Virus record (IMG/VR): IMGVR_UViG_3300045988_173666
Length of the DNA: 36,221 bases
Strand: one strand, 5' to 3'
Origin: a virus
Part shown: positions 24,921 to 33,105 of the stretch, piece by piece
Layout of the letters: every line of letters begins with the position of its first letter
Position numbering within the stretch: the stretch's first letter is position 1
Notes under the pieces: generated by a model
The model's input: the letters and a program-made list of their open reading frames with translations, nothing else
What the model was told of the DNA's origin: nothing
The model's database searches: none
Translations under genes and position numbers: made by a program

Positions 24921-24963
24921 GTGCCAGACACCGACAAACGGCAAATAAGTACACGTTTGGCAC
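24921..24963. promoter_or_regulatory. Inverted repeat GTGCCAGAC / GTTTGGCAC just downstream of the early promoter (candidate operator or leader hairpin)
   Basis: The 9-nt arms at 24921-24929 and 24955-24963 match at 8 of 9 positions, with 25 nt between them. GTACAC-containing motifs at about 24848 and 24948 also repeat. Confidence 0.35.
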
Positions 24964-24982
24964 CCACCGAAAGGAGAAGGCA

Positions 24983-25315
24983 ATGACGAGGAACAGCTAC
25001 TGGGTGGCGATGGTGAACGAGTGCCACGTGGACAGCCCGACGAACGAGGCGTTCGCGTTCGAGATGGCCGAGAACGGATGCATGGAGGAGACCGAGGAGA
25101 GCATCTGCTGCCGCGCCGCCGCCATGTTCGGCTTCGATTTCGAGCGCATCGTGCCGCTGGAGTGCTCCATGCGCACGATGTTCGAGGTGGGCGGCGTGCA
25201 GTTCAACCTGTGCGACTCGCTGCAGTTCAGCGTGGCGGGCAAGGGGTGGAGCACCGACTTCGACACCCTGGCCGAGGCCCCGCAGTACGACGAGAAGAAG
25301 GAGGAAGAGGAGTAG
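24983..25315 (+). CDS. Highly acidic 110-aa hypothetical protein, first gene of the early operon
   Basis: ATG at 24983 after GAAAGGAGAAGG. By hand count it has about 23 D/E residues against about 7 K/R, and it ends ...DEKKEEEE. Confidence 0.7.
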   Translation: MTRNSYWVAMVNECHVDSPTNEAFAFEMAENGCMEETEESICCRAAAMFGFDFERIVPLECSMRTMFEVGGVQFNLCDSLQFSVAGKGWSTDFDTLAEAPQYDEKKEEEE

Positions 25316-25515
25316 TGAACGGGAAGCTGATGAAGGAGCGCCGCAAGGCGCTGGGCATGACCCAGATGCAGCTGGCGGTGGCCGTGGGCGCGTCGAGCAT
25401 CGCCGTGGTCAGCAGCTGGGAGCGCGGCCGCACCGTGGCCAGCGTGCCCAAGCTGAGGAAGCTGGCCGAGGTGCTGGGCGTGACCATGGAGCAGCTGCTG
25501 GAAGAGGAGGAGTAG
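25315..25515 (+). CDS. Small XRE-family HTH protein (Cro-like or Aca-like)
   Basis: The GTG at 25315 overlaps the upstream TAG and follows GAGGAAGAGGAG. An alternative ATG is at 25330. The HTH is RRKALGMTQMQLAVAVGASSIAVVSSWERG. Confidence 0.7.
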   Translation: MNGKLMKERRKALGMTQMQLAVAVGASSIAVVSSWERGRTVASVPKLRKLAEVLGVTMEQLLEEEE

Positions 25516-25536
25516 CGATGGCGGAGGTGATCGTAT

Positions 25537-25692
25537 ATGGGCGCCACAGCCGCGGAGCGTCGGGCGGCGCTGACTGCCGCAAGGTCCGCGTTCGCCCTGC
25601 CGGAGGTCCGGCGGGAGTACGAGAGGTGGAGGGCCGAGCGCGCACAGGCCGCCAAGCACGGCGCGCCCAGTCCCCTGAAGAGGCCCGCGTGA
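25537..25692 (+). CDS. Small hypothetical protein (51 aa)
   Basis: Hand-translated. The ATG at 25537 lies 6-7 nt after GGAGGTGA. The product is MGATAAERRAALTAARSAFALPEVRREYERWRAERAQAAKHGAPSPLKRPA. Its stop overlaps the next start (GTGA). Confidence 0.45.
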   Translation: MGATAAERRAALTAARSAFALPEVRREYERWRAERAQAAKHGAPSPLKRPA

Positions 25693-25934
25693 GCGGGTAC
25701 CCGCAAGTATCGCACAGGCGCGCCGAGTTCTGGCGCACGGTGCGCACGGCGCTGGCCGTGGCCCTGCTCGTGGCGCTGGCCGTGGGGCAGGCGTGGCAGC
25801 TCGGCTACACGCAGGGCACGGCGGCCGGCTACGGCGAGGGCCGCGCGGACGGCGCGGACCGGGCCTACGAGCGCGGCTACTCCGCCGCCGTCTCCGACTA
25901 CCAGGGGGGTGCGGCGGAATGGGCGAGGGAGTAG
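25689..25934 (+). CDS. Small membrane protein (one TM helix), hypothetical
   Basis: The GTG at 25689 is coupled to the upstream stop. The product contains ...FWRTVRTALAVALLVALAVGQAW... . It is the 3' part of ORF-track entry 25518..25934. Confidence 0.45.
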   Translation: MSGYPQVSHRRAEFWRTVRTALAVALLVALAVGQAWQLGYTQGTAAGYGEGRADGADRAYERGYSAAVSDYQGGAAEWARE

Positions 25935-26440
25935 AGACCGTCGTGGCCATCGACCCGGGCGCGCTCCACACGGGCGTGGTCCACATGACGGGGCGCCGGG
26001 TGCTCGACTCGCGCACGTTCGCCTTCAAGGTGGGCTGCGGCGCGGACAACGACCTGCTGGACGCGCGCTGCGAGGAGATCTGGACGCTGCTCCAGAGATT
26101 CCTGGAGACCCACGAGCACGGGCCGGTCGTCATGGAGGGCTTCGTCCCCTACCCGGGCCGCTGCGGCGGCACCAAGGGCTCGCACCAGACGCCGTGGCTG
26201 TGCGGCCAGCTGCTGGGCCACCTGCGCGAGGCCGGCGAGGAGGTCGTGCTGCAGACCAGCAGGCAGGTGCTCAACGGCAGGACGCGCGGCAACGCCGCGT
26301 GGACCGTCGACTGGCTGAGGAACCGCCGGCAGTTCTACCTGGGGCAAGGGCTCGTGACCAACGAGCACGAGCGCAGCGCCTTCGCCCACGGCTGGTACTA
26401 CCTGCACACCGGCGAGGGCGCGCCGAATGAGGAGGGGTGA
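25919..26440 (+). CDS. RuvC-like Holliday junction resolvase (putative)
   Basis: ATG at 25919. The N-terminus VVAIDPGALHTGVV resembles the RuvC catalytic-Asp motif. The C-terminus reads NEHERSAFAHGWYY. Confidence 0.5.
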   Translation: MGEGVETVVAIDPGALHTGVVHMTGRRVLDSRTFAFKVGCGADNDLLDARCEEIWTLLQRFLETHEHGPVVMEGFVPYPGRCGGTKGSHQTPWLCGQLLGHLREAGEEVVLQTSRQVLNGRTRGNAAWTVDWLRNRRQFYLGQGLVTNEHERSAFAHGWYYLHTGEGAPNEEG

Positions 26441-26963
26441 GCGGTGCCGCCCGTGGACTGCCTCCGAGGAGCGCAGGCTGGCCGAGATCGCCGGCACCAT
26501 GCCGAGGCGCGAGGTGGCCAGGGCGCTGAGGAGGTCCAACGAGGCCGTGCGCCAGAAGGCGTCCCGCATGGGCGTGAGCCTGCGCCACTGGGAGCCGAGG
26601 TGCTCCGAGACGTGCCCGGCGTGCGGGATGGCCCGCACGGGGCTGAGGGCGAGCGGCACCTGCCGCCCGTGCGAGCTGCGGGCGCTGGTGGCCCGCGCGG
26701 AGTCCGAGACGGCCGCGGCCATGGAGCGCCTGGCGCCGGGCGACCGCGCCGTGTACGCGTCCACCGAGACGAGGCTGCAGAGCGCACCGGACCCGAGGCC
26801 CGCGCCGCCCCGCACCGAGGGCATGACGCCCTACCGCGCCGCGAGGGCGCGCGACGCCTACGCGGAGGCGCTGGAGCGGTGGGAGGTGAGGACGCTCACC
26901 AGGCTGCTGAAGGCGAGGCGCCGACGCCTCGAACGGATGATTAAAAAAATCTCAAATCAATGA
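26427..26963 (+). CDS. Myb/SANT-like HTH protein with a Cys4 zinc ribbon (putative DNA-binding regulator)
   Basis: The motif WTASEERRLAEIAGTMPRREVARALRRSNEAVRQKASRMG is followed by CPACG...CRPC. It overlaps the upstream gene by 14 nt. Confidence 0.45.
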   Translation: MRRGERCRPWTASEERRLAEIAGTMPRREVARALRRSNEAVRQKASRMGVSLRHWEPRCSETCPACGMARTGLRASGTCRPCELRALVARAESETAAAMERLAPGDRAVYASTETRLQSAPDPRPAPPRTEGMTPYRAARARDAYAEALERWEVRTLTRLLKARRRRLERMIKKISNQ

Positions 26964-27000
26964 CACAAACGCATTTTCCCAGCTAGGAGGAGTAGGAAAC

Positions 27001-28311
27001 ATGCAACTCAAGAGAGTAAAGACCGAGGACGTCTACCCGAGCGAGGGCAACCCCCGCCGCGACTTCGGCGACCTCGACGCGCTGGCCGCCAGCTTCGCCC
27101 TGAACCCGGCGCACCCCGGCGAGCCCATGACCCCGCCGCTGCTCGTGCAGGACGGCGGCGTGTACCGCATCGTCGACGGAGAGCGCCGCTGGCGCGCCAT
27201 GCGCAAGGCCGGCACGGCCGAGTTCGACGCCGTGGTGTGCGAGGACTGGGGCGACGCCGACGCCGCGCTGGCGATGCTGGCCACCGACGACAAGAAGCCG
27301 CTGGACGACGCCGAGCGCAGCCGCGGCGCGCAGCGCTGCCTGCTGCTGGGCGTGGAGCCCGAGAAGGTCGAGCGCGCCGTGCGCAAGAAGGGCATGGCCC
27401 GCGTGCGCCGCGTGGCGTCCGAGATCGGCGCCGAGGCCGAGACCATGAGCCTGGACCACCTGCTGGCCGTGGCCGAGTTCACCGGCCAGCGCGCGGTCCG
27501 CGTGGCGAACGCGAGCGAGCGCGACTGGATACGCGTGGCCAACGAGTGCCGCCGCGAGGTCGAGAGCGAGCGCACCGTGGCCGCCTTCGACGAGGCCGCC
27601 GGGCGCCTGGGCATCGAGCTGCACGGCCAGAAGTCCTTCGACACGGCCGGCTACGCCTACGACTGCCGCGCCGACAGCCCCGAGGTGTTCGAGGCCAAGG
27701 CCGCCGACGACCCGGAGGGCGCCGCGTGGGTGCTGGTGCTGCCGACGGCGGCCGTGCCGTACGCCTACCGCTACGTGCCCGCCGACACCGAGGAGAAGGC
27801 GGCCGCGGCGAAGCTGCGCGAGGACACCGACCGCATGGAGCACGCGTGCCGCGAGGCGGTCGACTCCATGTTCGCGCACCTCGCCGAGCGCCTGCTGGGG
27901 AGCGACTACCCGGAGCACGCCATGGCCAAGGCCGCCGCGTCGTTCCTGGGCGACCCGCAGAACAAGTGGTCGGCCTACACGGAGGCGTCCGAGGCACTGG
28001 ACGCGGCGGGCTACGACGGCACGCGCCCGGACGGCCGCATCACCGGCATGTGCGGGGCCTACGCGCTCCACGACTGGCTCGACGACGCGACCCCGGGCGG
28101 CGGCGCGTGGATGTGCGTGGCCGGCGGCCAGCCCGGCGGCACCGTGCAGGCGCCCGTCGCAATCGCCGCGTGGCTGGAGGCCGTGGCCGCGGCCGTCGAG
28201 GACGGCTGGCGCATGGGCGCGGGCCAGATGCAGCTGGTGGCCGAGGCCAGGGCGTGGCTGGAGGCCGTGCGCGAGGACGAGAACGAGAACGAGAACGAGG
28301 AGGAGCAGTAA
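27001..28311 (+). CDS. ParB-like nuclease domain protein
   Basis: The RBS TAGGAGGAGTAGG lies upstream. The ParB N-terminal motifs are ...YPSEGNPRRDFG... and IVDGERRWRA. Confidence 0.7.
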   Translation: MQLKRVKTEDVYPSEGNPRRDFGDLDALAASFALNPAHPGEPMTPPLLVQDGGVYRIVDGERRWRAMRKAGTAEFDAVVCEDWGDADAALAMLATDDKKPLDDAERSRGAQRCLLLGVEPEKVERAVRKKGMARVRRVASEIGAEAETMSLDHLLAVAEFTGQRAVRVANASERDWIRVANECRREVESERTVAAFDEAAGRLGIELHGQKSFDTAGYAYDCRADSPEVFEAKAADDPEGAAWVLVLPTAAVPYAYRYVPADTEEKAAAAKLREDTDRMEHACREAVDSMFAHLAERLLGSDYPEHAMAKAAASFLGDPQNKWSAYTEASEALDAAGYDGTRPDGRITGMCGAYALHDWLDDATPGGGAWMCVAGGQPGGTVQAPVAIAAWLEAVAAAVEDGWRMGAGQMQLVAEARAWLEAVREDENENENEEEQ

Positions 28312-29636
28312 TGGTCAAGATCGCATCGGTCGAGGCCGAGAACGTCAAGAGGGTGAAGGCGGTCTACCTGGAGCCGCGCGCCGAGGGGCTGACCGTCATC
28401 GGCGGCCGCAACGGGCAGGGCAAGACCAGCCTGCTCGACGCCATCGGCTGGGCGCTGGGCGGCGACAAGCTGCGCCCGTCCAACGCGGCCCGCGAGGGCG
28501 CGGCGAGCGCCCCGGCGCTGCGCGTGGTGCTGGACAACGGCATCGTGGTGGAGCGCCGCGGCAAGAACGGCTCGCTGAAGGTGACCGACCCTTCCGGCCG
28601 CAAGTCCGGGCAGGCGCTGCTGAGCTCGCTGGTGGACCGCCTGGCGCTCGACCTGCCGCGCTTCATGGAGTCGAGCGACAAGGACAAGGCCGAGACGCTG
28701 CTGTCCATCCTGGGCGTGGGCGACCGCCTCGCCGAGCTGGACGCCAAGGCGAGCAGCGTCTACAACCAGCGCCACGACGTCGGCGTGATGGAGCGCCAGA
28801 AGCGCGCGAGCGCCGAGGAGATGCAGTTCTGGCCCGACGCCCCGGCCGAGGAGGTCGACGCCGCCGAGCTGATCGCCGCGCAGTCCGCCATCCTCGCCCG
28901 CAACGGCGAGAACCAGCGCAAGCGCAACGAGGCGGAGCGCATCAACGGCCAGCTGGCCGCGGCGCGCCAGCAGATGGCGGCGCTGAAGCAGCAGGAGTCG
29001 CAGCTGGCCGCGGCCATCGAGACCAAGGCCGCCGAGGTGCTGCAGCTCACCATGGACGCCGCGACGGCGAGCAAGGACGCCGCGCAGCTGCGCGACGAGT
29101 CCACCGAAGAGCTGCAGGCGCAGCTGGCCGCGGCCGACGCCGTGAACGAGAAGGTGCGCACCAACGCCCGCCGCGCCCGCGCCATGGCCGAGGCCGACGA
29201 GCTGAAGTCCCAGTACGACGACCTGGACGCCGAGATGGGCCGCATCCGCGCCGAGCGCACGGACCTGCTGCGCGGCGCCGACCTGCCGCTGCCGGGCCTG
29301 TCCGTCGACGAGGAGGCGCGCCTGACCTACGGCGGCCAGCCGTGGGACTGCATGAGCGGCAGCGAGCAGCTGAAGGTGGCCACGGCCATCGTGCGCCGCC
29401 TGAAGCCGGAGTGCGGCTTCGTGCTGGTCGACAAGCTGGAGCAGATGGACCTGCAGACGCTGGCCGAGTTCGGCGCGTGGGCCGAGTCCGAGGGCCTGCA
29501 GGTGATCGGCACGCGCGTGTCCACCGGCGGCGAGTGCAGCCTGGTGATTGAGGACGGCCGCGGGCAGCTCGGCGAGCCCGACGGCGGCGACAAGGCCGAG
29601 GCGCCCGTCGCGCCGGCCGGATGGGAGATCAGGTAA
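28311..29636 (+). CDS. SMC/RecF/SbcC-like AAA ATPase with a central coiled coil
   Basis: The ATG overlaps the upstream TAA (TAATG). Walker A is GGRNGQGKTSLLDAI. A long coiled coil follows, then SGSEQ and FVLVDKLEQMD as signature and Walker B-like motifs. Confidence 0.7.
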   Translation: MVKIASVEAENVKRVKAVYLEPRAEGLTVIGGRNGQGKTSLLDAIGWALGGDKLRPSNAAREGAASAPALRVVLDNGIVVERRGKNGSLKVTDPSGRKSGQALLSSLVDRLALDLPRFMESSDKDKAETLLSILGVGDRLAELDAKASSVYNQRHDVGVMERQKRASAEEMQFWPDAPAEEVDAAELIAAQSAILARNGENQRKRNEAERINGQLAAARQQMAALKQQESQLAAAIETKAAEVLQLTMDAATASKDAAQLRDESTEELQAQLAAADAVNEKVRTNARRARAMAEADELKSQYDDLDAEMGRIRAERTDLLRGADLPLPGLSVDEEARLTYGGQPWDCMSGSEQLKVATAIVRRLKPECGFVLVDKLEQMDLQTLAEFGAWAESEGLQVIGTRVSTGGECSLVIEDGRGQLGEPDGGDKAEAPVAPAGWEIR

Positions 29637-30727
29637 TGGGAAGCATCCAGATCACGCGGGGGGCCACCGTCCACCCGCAGAAGGTGACAATCTATGGCCC
29701 CGAAGGCGTCGGCAAGACCACGCTGGCCGCGCAGTTCCCCGACCCGCTGTTCATCGACACCGAGGGCGGCACCGAGGGCTACGACGTGGCCCGCACCCAG
29801 GCGCCGCAGAGCTGGACGGCGCTGAAGGACCTCGTGCGCGCCGTGGCCGCGGAGCGCCCGTGCGGCACTCTGGTGCTGGACACGGCCGACTGGGCCGAGC
29901 GCCTGCTGTGCGCCGAGCTGTGCGCCAAGAACAAGTGGGCCAGCATGGAGGCGCTGAACTACGGCAAGTGCTGGCAGTACGCGCTGGAGGAGTTCGGCCG
30001 CCTGCTCGACCTGCTCACCGACGTGCGCGACGCCGGCATGAACGTGGTGGTGACCGCGCACGCGACGGTCAGCAAGTTCGACCAGCCCGACGAGGCGGCG
30101 AGCTACGACCGCTGGACCATGAAGATGTACAGGAGGGACGCCGCCCTGCTGAAGGAGTGGGCGGACGCGCTGCTGTTCGTCAACTACAAGACCGTCGTCG
30201 AGATGGTCGGCGAGGGCTTCAACGCCAAGGGCAAGGCGCGCGGCGCCAAGCGCACCATCTTCACCACGCACCACGCCGCCTGGGACGCCAAGAACCGCTG
30301 GGGGCTTCCCGACGAGGTGCCGCTGGGCTACGAGGCCATCGCGCCGCACGTGCCCTCCCCCATGGCTCCCGCGCAGCCGGCCGCGCAGCAGCCCCAGCAG
30401 GCGCCCGTCGCGGCACCGCAGCCCGCCCCGGCACCCGCCCCGGCACCGGCACCGCAGCCGGCACCCGCGGGCGACGACCCGGCGAGCATCCCCGGCACGG
30501 AGGGGCTGCCCGCGTTCTGGGCGCCGGCCGTCCAGCTCATGGAGCGCGACGGCGTGACGTCCGACGAGGTGCGCGGCTTCGCGGTGCTGCAGGGCCACTT
30601 CACGCCCGACACGCCGCTGGCCAACTACCCGGCCGACTACGTCGCCGGCCTGATCGTCCCGCAGTGGCAGCAGGTCGTGGCCAAGGTCATGGAGTACCGC
30701 GCGGCCGAGGACGTGCCCTTCAACTAG
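29636..30727 (+). CDS. AAA_24 / Sak4-like RecA-type ATPase with a P/A/Q-rich linker
   Basis: The ATG overlaps the upstream TAA; an alternative ATG is at 29621. Walker A is IYGPEGVGKTTLA, followed by LVLDTAD. Confidence 0.7.
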   Translation: MGSIQITRGATVHPQKVTIYGPEGVGKTTLAAQFPDPLFIDTEGGTEGYDVARTQAPQSWTALKDLVRAVAAERPCGTLVLDTADWAERLLCAELCAKNKWASMEALNYGKCWQYALEEFGRLLDLLTDVRDAGMNVVVTAHATVSKFDQPDEAASYDRWTMKMYRRDAALLKEWADALLFVNYKTVVEMVGEGFNAKGKARGAKRTIFTTHHAAWDAKNRWGLPDEVPLGYEAIAPHVPSPMAPAQPAAQQPQQAPVAAPQPAPAPAPAPAPQPAPAGDDPASIPGTEGLPAFWAPAVQLMERDGVTSDEVRGFAVLQGHFTPDTPLANYPADYVAGLIVPQWQQVVAKVMEYRAAEDVPFN

Positions 30728-30770
30728 CAGACGGCCGCCGAGGGCGGCCGAGAAGAGAAAGGATCGAAAG

Positions 30771-31484
30771 ATGGCAGAGATGCAGGACGTGGCGCTCGAC
30801 TGGGACGTGTGCGAGGCGGACCCGGACGACGGGCAGCACGGCGGGTTGACGCTGCTGCCCGAGGGCTTCTACCCCTTCCGCGTCGAGAGGATGGAGCGCG
30901 AGCGCTACCAGGGCTCGCAGAAGATGCCGCAGTGCCCCATGGCAAAGCTCACGCTGGCCGTGGCCGGCACCGACGGCCGCGAGACAACGGTGCAGCAGCG
31001 CCTGTACATCACGCGCAACCAGCTGTGGAAGGTCTCGCGCTTCATGGAGTCGGTGGGGCGCGGCCGCAACGAGGCCGGCAAGGTGGTCATCGACTGGGGC
31101 GGCATCGAGGGCACGGGCGGCTTCGTCAAGCTGAAGGTGCGCTCCTACACCGGCCGCGACGGCCAGGAGCGCCAGACCAACGACGTCGAGTGGTTCGTGA
31201 AGCCCGAGGAGCAGCAGCAGGCGTGGGAGTCCTACGACGCCGCCTGCAGGGCCGCCGCAGCACAGGCCGCCCCGGCCCCGCAGCAGCAGGCGGCCCCCGC
31301 GCCGGGACAGCAGGCGGCAGGATACGCCCCGCAGGCGTCCCAGGCACCCCAGAACGGCGCGTTCGCGCCCGCGCCGCAGTACTCGCCCGCGCCGGGCGCA
31401 CCGGCCCCGCAGGCGGCCTCACAGGGCGTCCAGCCGCCGGCCTTCCAGCAGCAGGCGGCACCCGGCGCCTGGGGCATCCAGTAG
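30771..31484 (+). CDS. DUF669-like (SSB-like) protein with a Q/P/A-rich C-terminal tail
   Basis: The N-terminus reads ALDWDVCEADPDDGQHGGLTLLPEGFYPFRVERMER. Position after the Sak4-like ATPase is typical. Confidence 0.6.
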   Translation: MAEMQDVALDWDVCEADPDDGQHGGLTLLPEGFYPFRVERMERERYQGSQKMPQCPMAKLTLAVAGTDGRETTVQQRLYITRNQLWKVSRFMESVGRGRNEAGKVVIDWGGIEGTGGFVKLKVRSYTGRDGQERQTNDVEWFVKPEEQQQAWESYDAACRAAAAQAAPAPQQQAAPAPGQQAAGYAPQASQAPQNGAFAPAPQYSPAPGAPAPQAASQGVQPPAFQQQAAPGAWGIQ

Positions 31485-31497
31485 GGAGGCGGCACCC

Positions 31498-33102
31498 GTG
31501 GAGCTGAGACCCTACCAGCAGGCCGCGCGCGAGGCCATCGAGCGCGAGTGGGAGGGGGGCCGGGCGCGAACGCTCCTGGTCCTCCCCACGGGGTGCGGCA
31601 AGACCGTGGTCTTCTGCACCGTGGCCAAGGACGTCGTGGACGCGGGCGGCCGCGTCCTGATCCTCGCCCACCGCGGCGAGCTGCTGCAGCAGGCCGCCGA
31701 CAAGCTGCGCGCCGCCACCGGGCTGGGCTGCTCGGTCGAGCGCGCCGAGGAGACGAGCGCGGGCAGCTGGTACCGCGTGACCGTCGGCAGCGTGCAGACC
31801 CTCATGAGGCCCAAGCGCCTGGCGCGCTTCGCCCCCGACCACTTCGACGCCATCGTGGTCGACGAGGCGCACCACGCGCTGTCCGACTCCTACCAGCAGG
31901 TGCTGGGGCACTTCCCCGGCGCCAAGGTCCTGGGCGTGACCGCGACCGCCGACCGCGGGGACAAGCGCGACCTGGGCCAGTACTTCGAGAGCGTGGCCTA
32001 CGAGTACACGCTGCCGACCGCCATCCGCGAGGGGTACCTGTGCCCCATCCGCGCCGAGACCGTGCCGGTGGCCATCGACCTGGCCCGCGTCAAGGTCTCC
32101 TCCGGCGACTTCGCCGCGGGCGACCTGGGCACGGCGCTGGACCCGTACCTGGGGCGCATCGCCGACGAGATGGCCGCGGCCGGGTGCATGGGCCGCAAGA
32201 CCGTGGCCTTCCTGCCGCTCGTGGCGACCAGCAAGAAGTTCGCGGCGGCGCTCGCGGAGCGCGGCTTCGACGCCATGGAGGTGAACGGCGACAGCACCGA
32301 CCGCGCCGAGACGCTGGCGCGCTTCGACGCCGCCGGCCCCGGCTCGGTGCTGTGCAACTCGATGCTGCTCACCGAGGGCTGGGACTGCCCCAGCGTGGAC
32401 TGCGTGGTGGTGCTTCGCGCCACCAAGGTGCGCAGCCTGTACGTGCAGATGGTGGGCCGCGGCACCCGCCTGAGCCCGGCCACCGGCAAGACCGACCTGC
32501 TGGTGCTCGACTTCCTGTGGATGACCGAGCGCCACGACCTGTGCCGCCCGGCGCACATCGTGGCCAAATCGCCCGAGGTGGCCGAGCGCATGACCCAGAT
32601 CGCCGAGACCGCCGGCGGGCCGGTCGACCTGGACGCCGTGGAGCGGCAGGCGTCCGAGGACGTCGTGCGGCAGCGCGAGGAGGCGCTGGCCGAGCAGCTG
32701 GCGTCCATGCGCAAGCGCAAGCGCGCGCTGGTGGACCCGGTGCAGTTCGCCATGAGCATCCGCTCGGAGGACCTGGCCGGCTGGGAGCCGGCGTTCCCCG
32801 CCGAGCTGGAGCCGCCGAGCGAGAAGCAGCTGGCGGCGCTGGAGCGCTACGGCATCTTCCCGGACGCCGTGGAGTGCCGGGGCAAGGCCAGCCTGCTGCT
32901 GGACCGCCTGGCGCAGCGCCGCCGCGAGGGGCTGGCCACGCCCAAGCAGATACGGCGGCTGGAGTCCTACGGCTTCCGCGCCGTGGGCACGTGGCCGTTC
33001 GAGGCGGCCAGCAACATGATCGGCCGCATAGCGGCGCAGGGCTGGCGCGGCGTCCCGCGCGGCGTCGACCCGGCGACCTACGACCCGAGGAACGGGGTGT
33101 AA
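31498..33102 (+). CDS. SF2 DEAD/DEAH-box helicase
   Basis: GTG at 31498, 8 nt after GGGAGG. The motifs are LPTGCGKT (I), VVDEAHH (II), TATA (III) and QMVGRGTRL (VI). Confidence 0.88.
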   Translation: MELRPYQQAAREAIEREWEGGRARTLLVLPTGCGKTVVFCTVAKDVVDAGGRVLILAHRGELLQQAADKLRAATGLGCSVERAEETSAGSWYRVTVGSVQTLMRPKRLARFAPDHFDAIVVDEAHHALSDSYQQVLGHFPGAKVLGVTATADRGDKRDLGQYFESVAYEYTLPTAIREGYLCPIRAETVPVAIDLARVKVSSGDFAAGDLGTALDPYLGRIADEMAAAGCMGRKTVAFLPLVATSKKFAAALAERGFDAMEVNGDSTDRAETLARFDAAGPGSVLCNSMLLTEGWDCPSVDCVVVLRATKVRSLYVQMVGRGTRLSPATGKTDLLVLDFLWMTERHDLCRPAHIVAKSPEVAERMTQIAETAGGPVDLDAVERQASEDVVRQREEALAEQLASMRKRKRALVDPVQFAMSIRSEDLAGWEPAFPAELEPPSEKQLAALERYGIFPDAVECRGKASLLLDRLAQRRREGLATPKQIRRLESYGFRAVGTWPFEAASNMIGRIAAQGWRGVPRGVDPATYDPRNGV

Positions 33103-33105
33103 GAG

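Noticed and set aside
28277-28300. gagaac x3 micro-repeat (ENENENEE) at the end of the ParB-like gene
   Set aside because: It is a short in-frame acidic tail repeat with no evidence of any regulatory or structural role.
30355-30480. Repetitive gcaccc/gcaccg (PAPAPAPQPAP) tract, and the similar Q/P/A tract at 31255..31440, considered as possible tandem repeat or CRISPR-like arrays
   Set aside because: They are in-frame low-complexity linkers or tails of the Sak4-like and DUF669-like proteins. There is no repeat-spacer periodicity. No CRISPR array is present anywhere in the window.
30731-30750. Perfect 8-bp hairpin CGGCCGCC-GAG-GGCGGCCG between the Sak4-like and DUF669-like genes, considered as a terminator
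   Set aside because: No T-tract follows on either strand and the genes on both sides belong to one functional module. It may affect mRNA stability but is not supported as a terminator.
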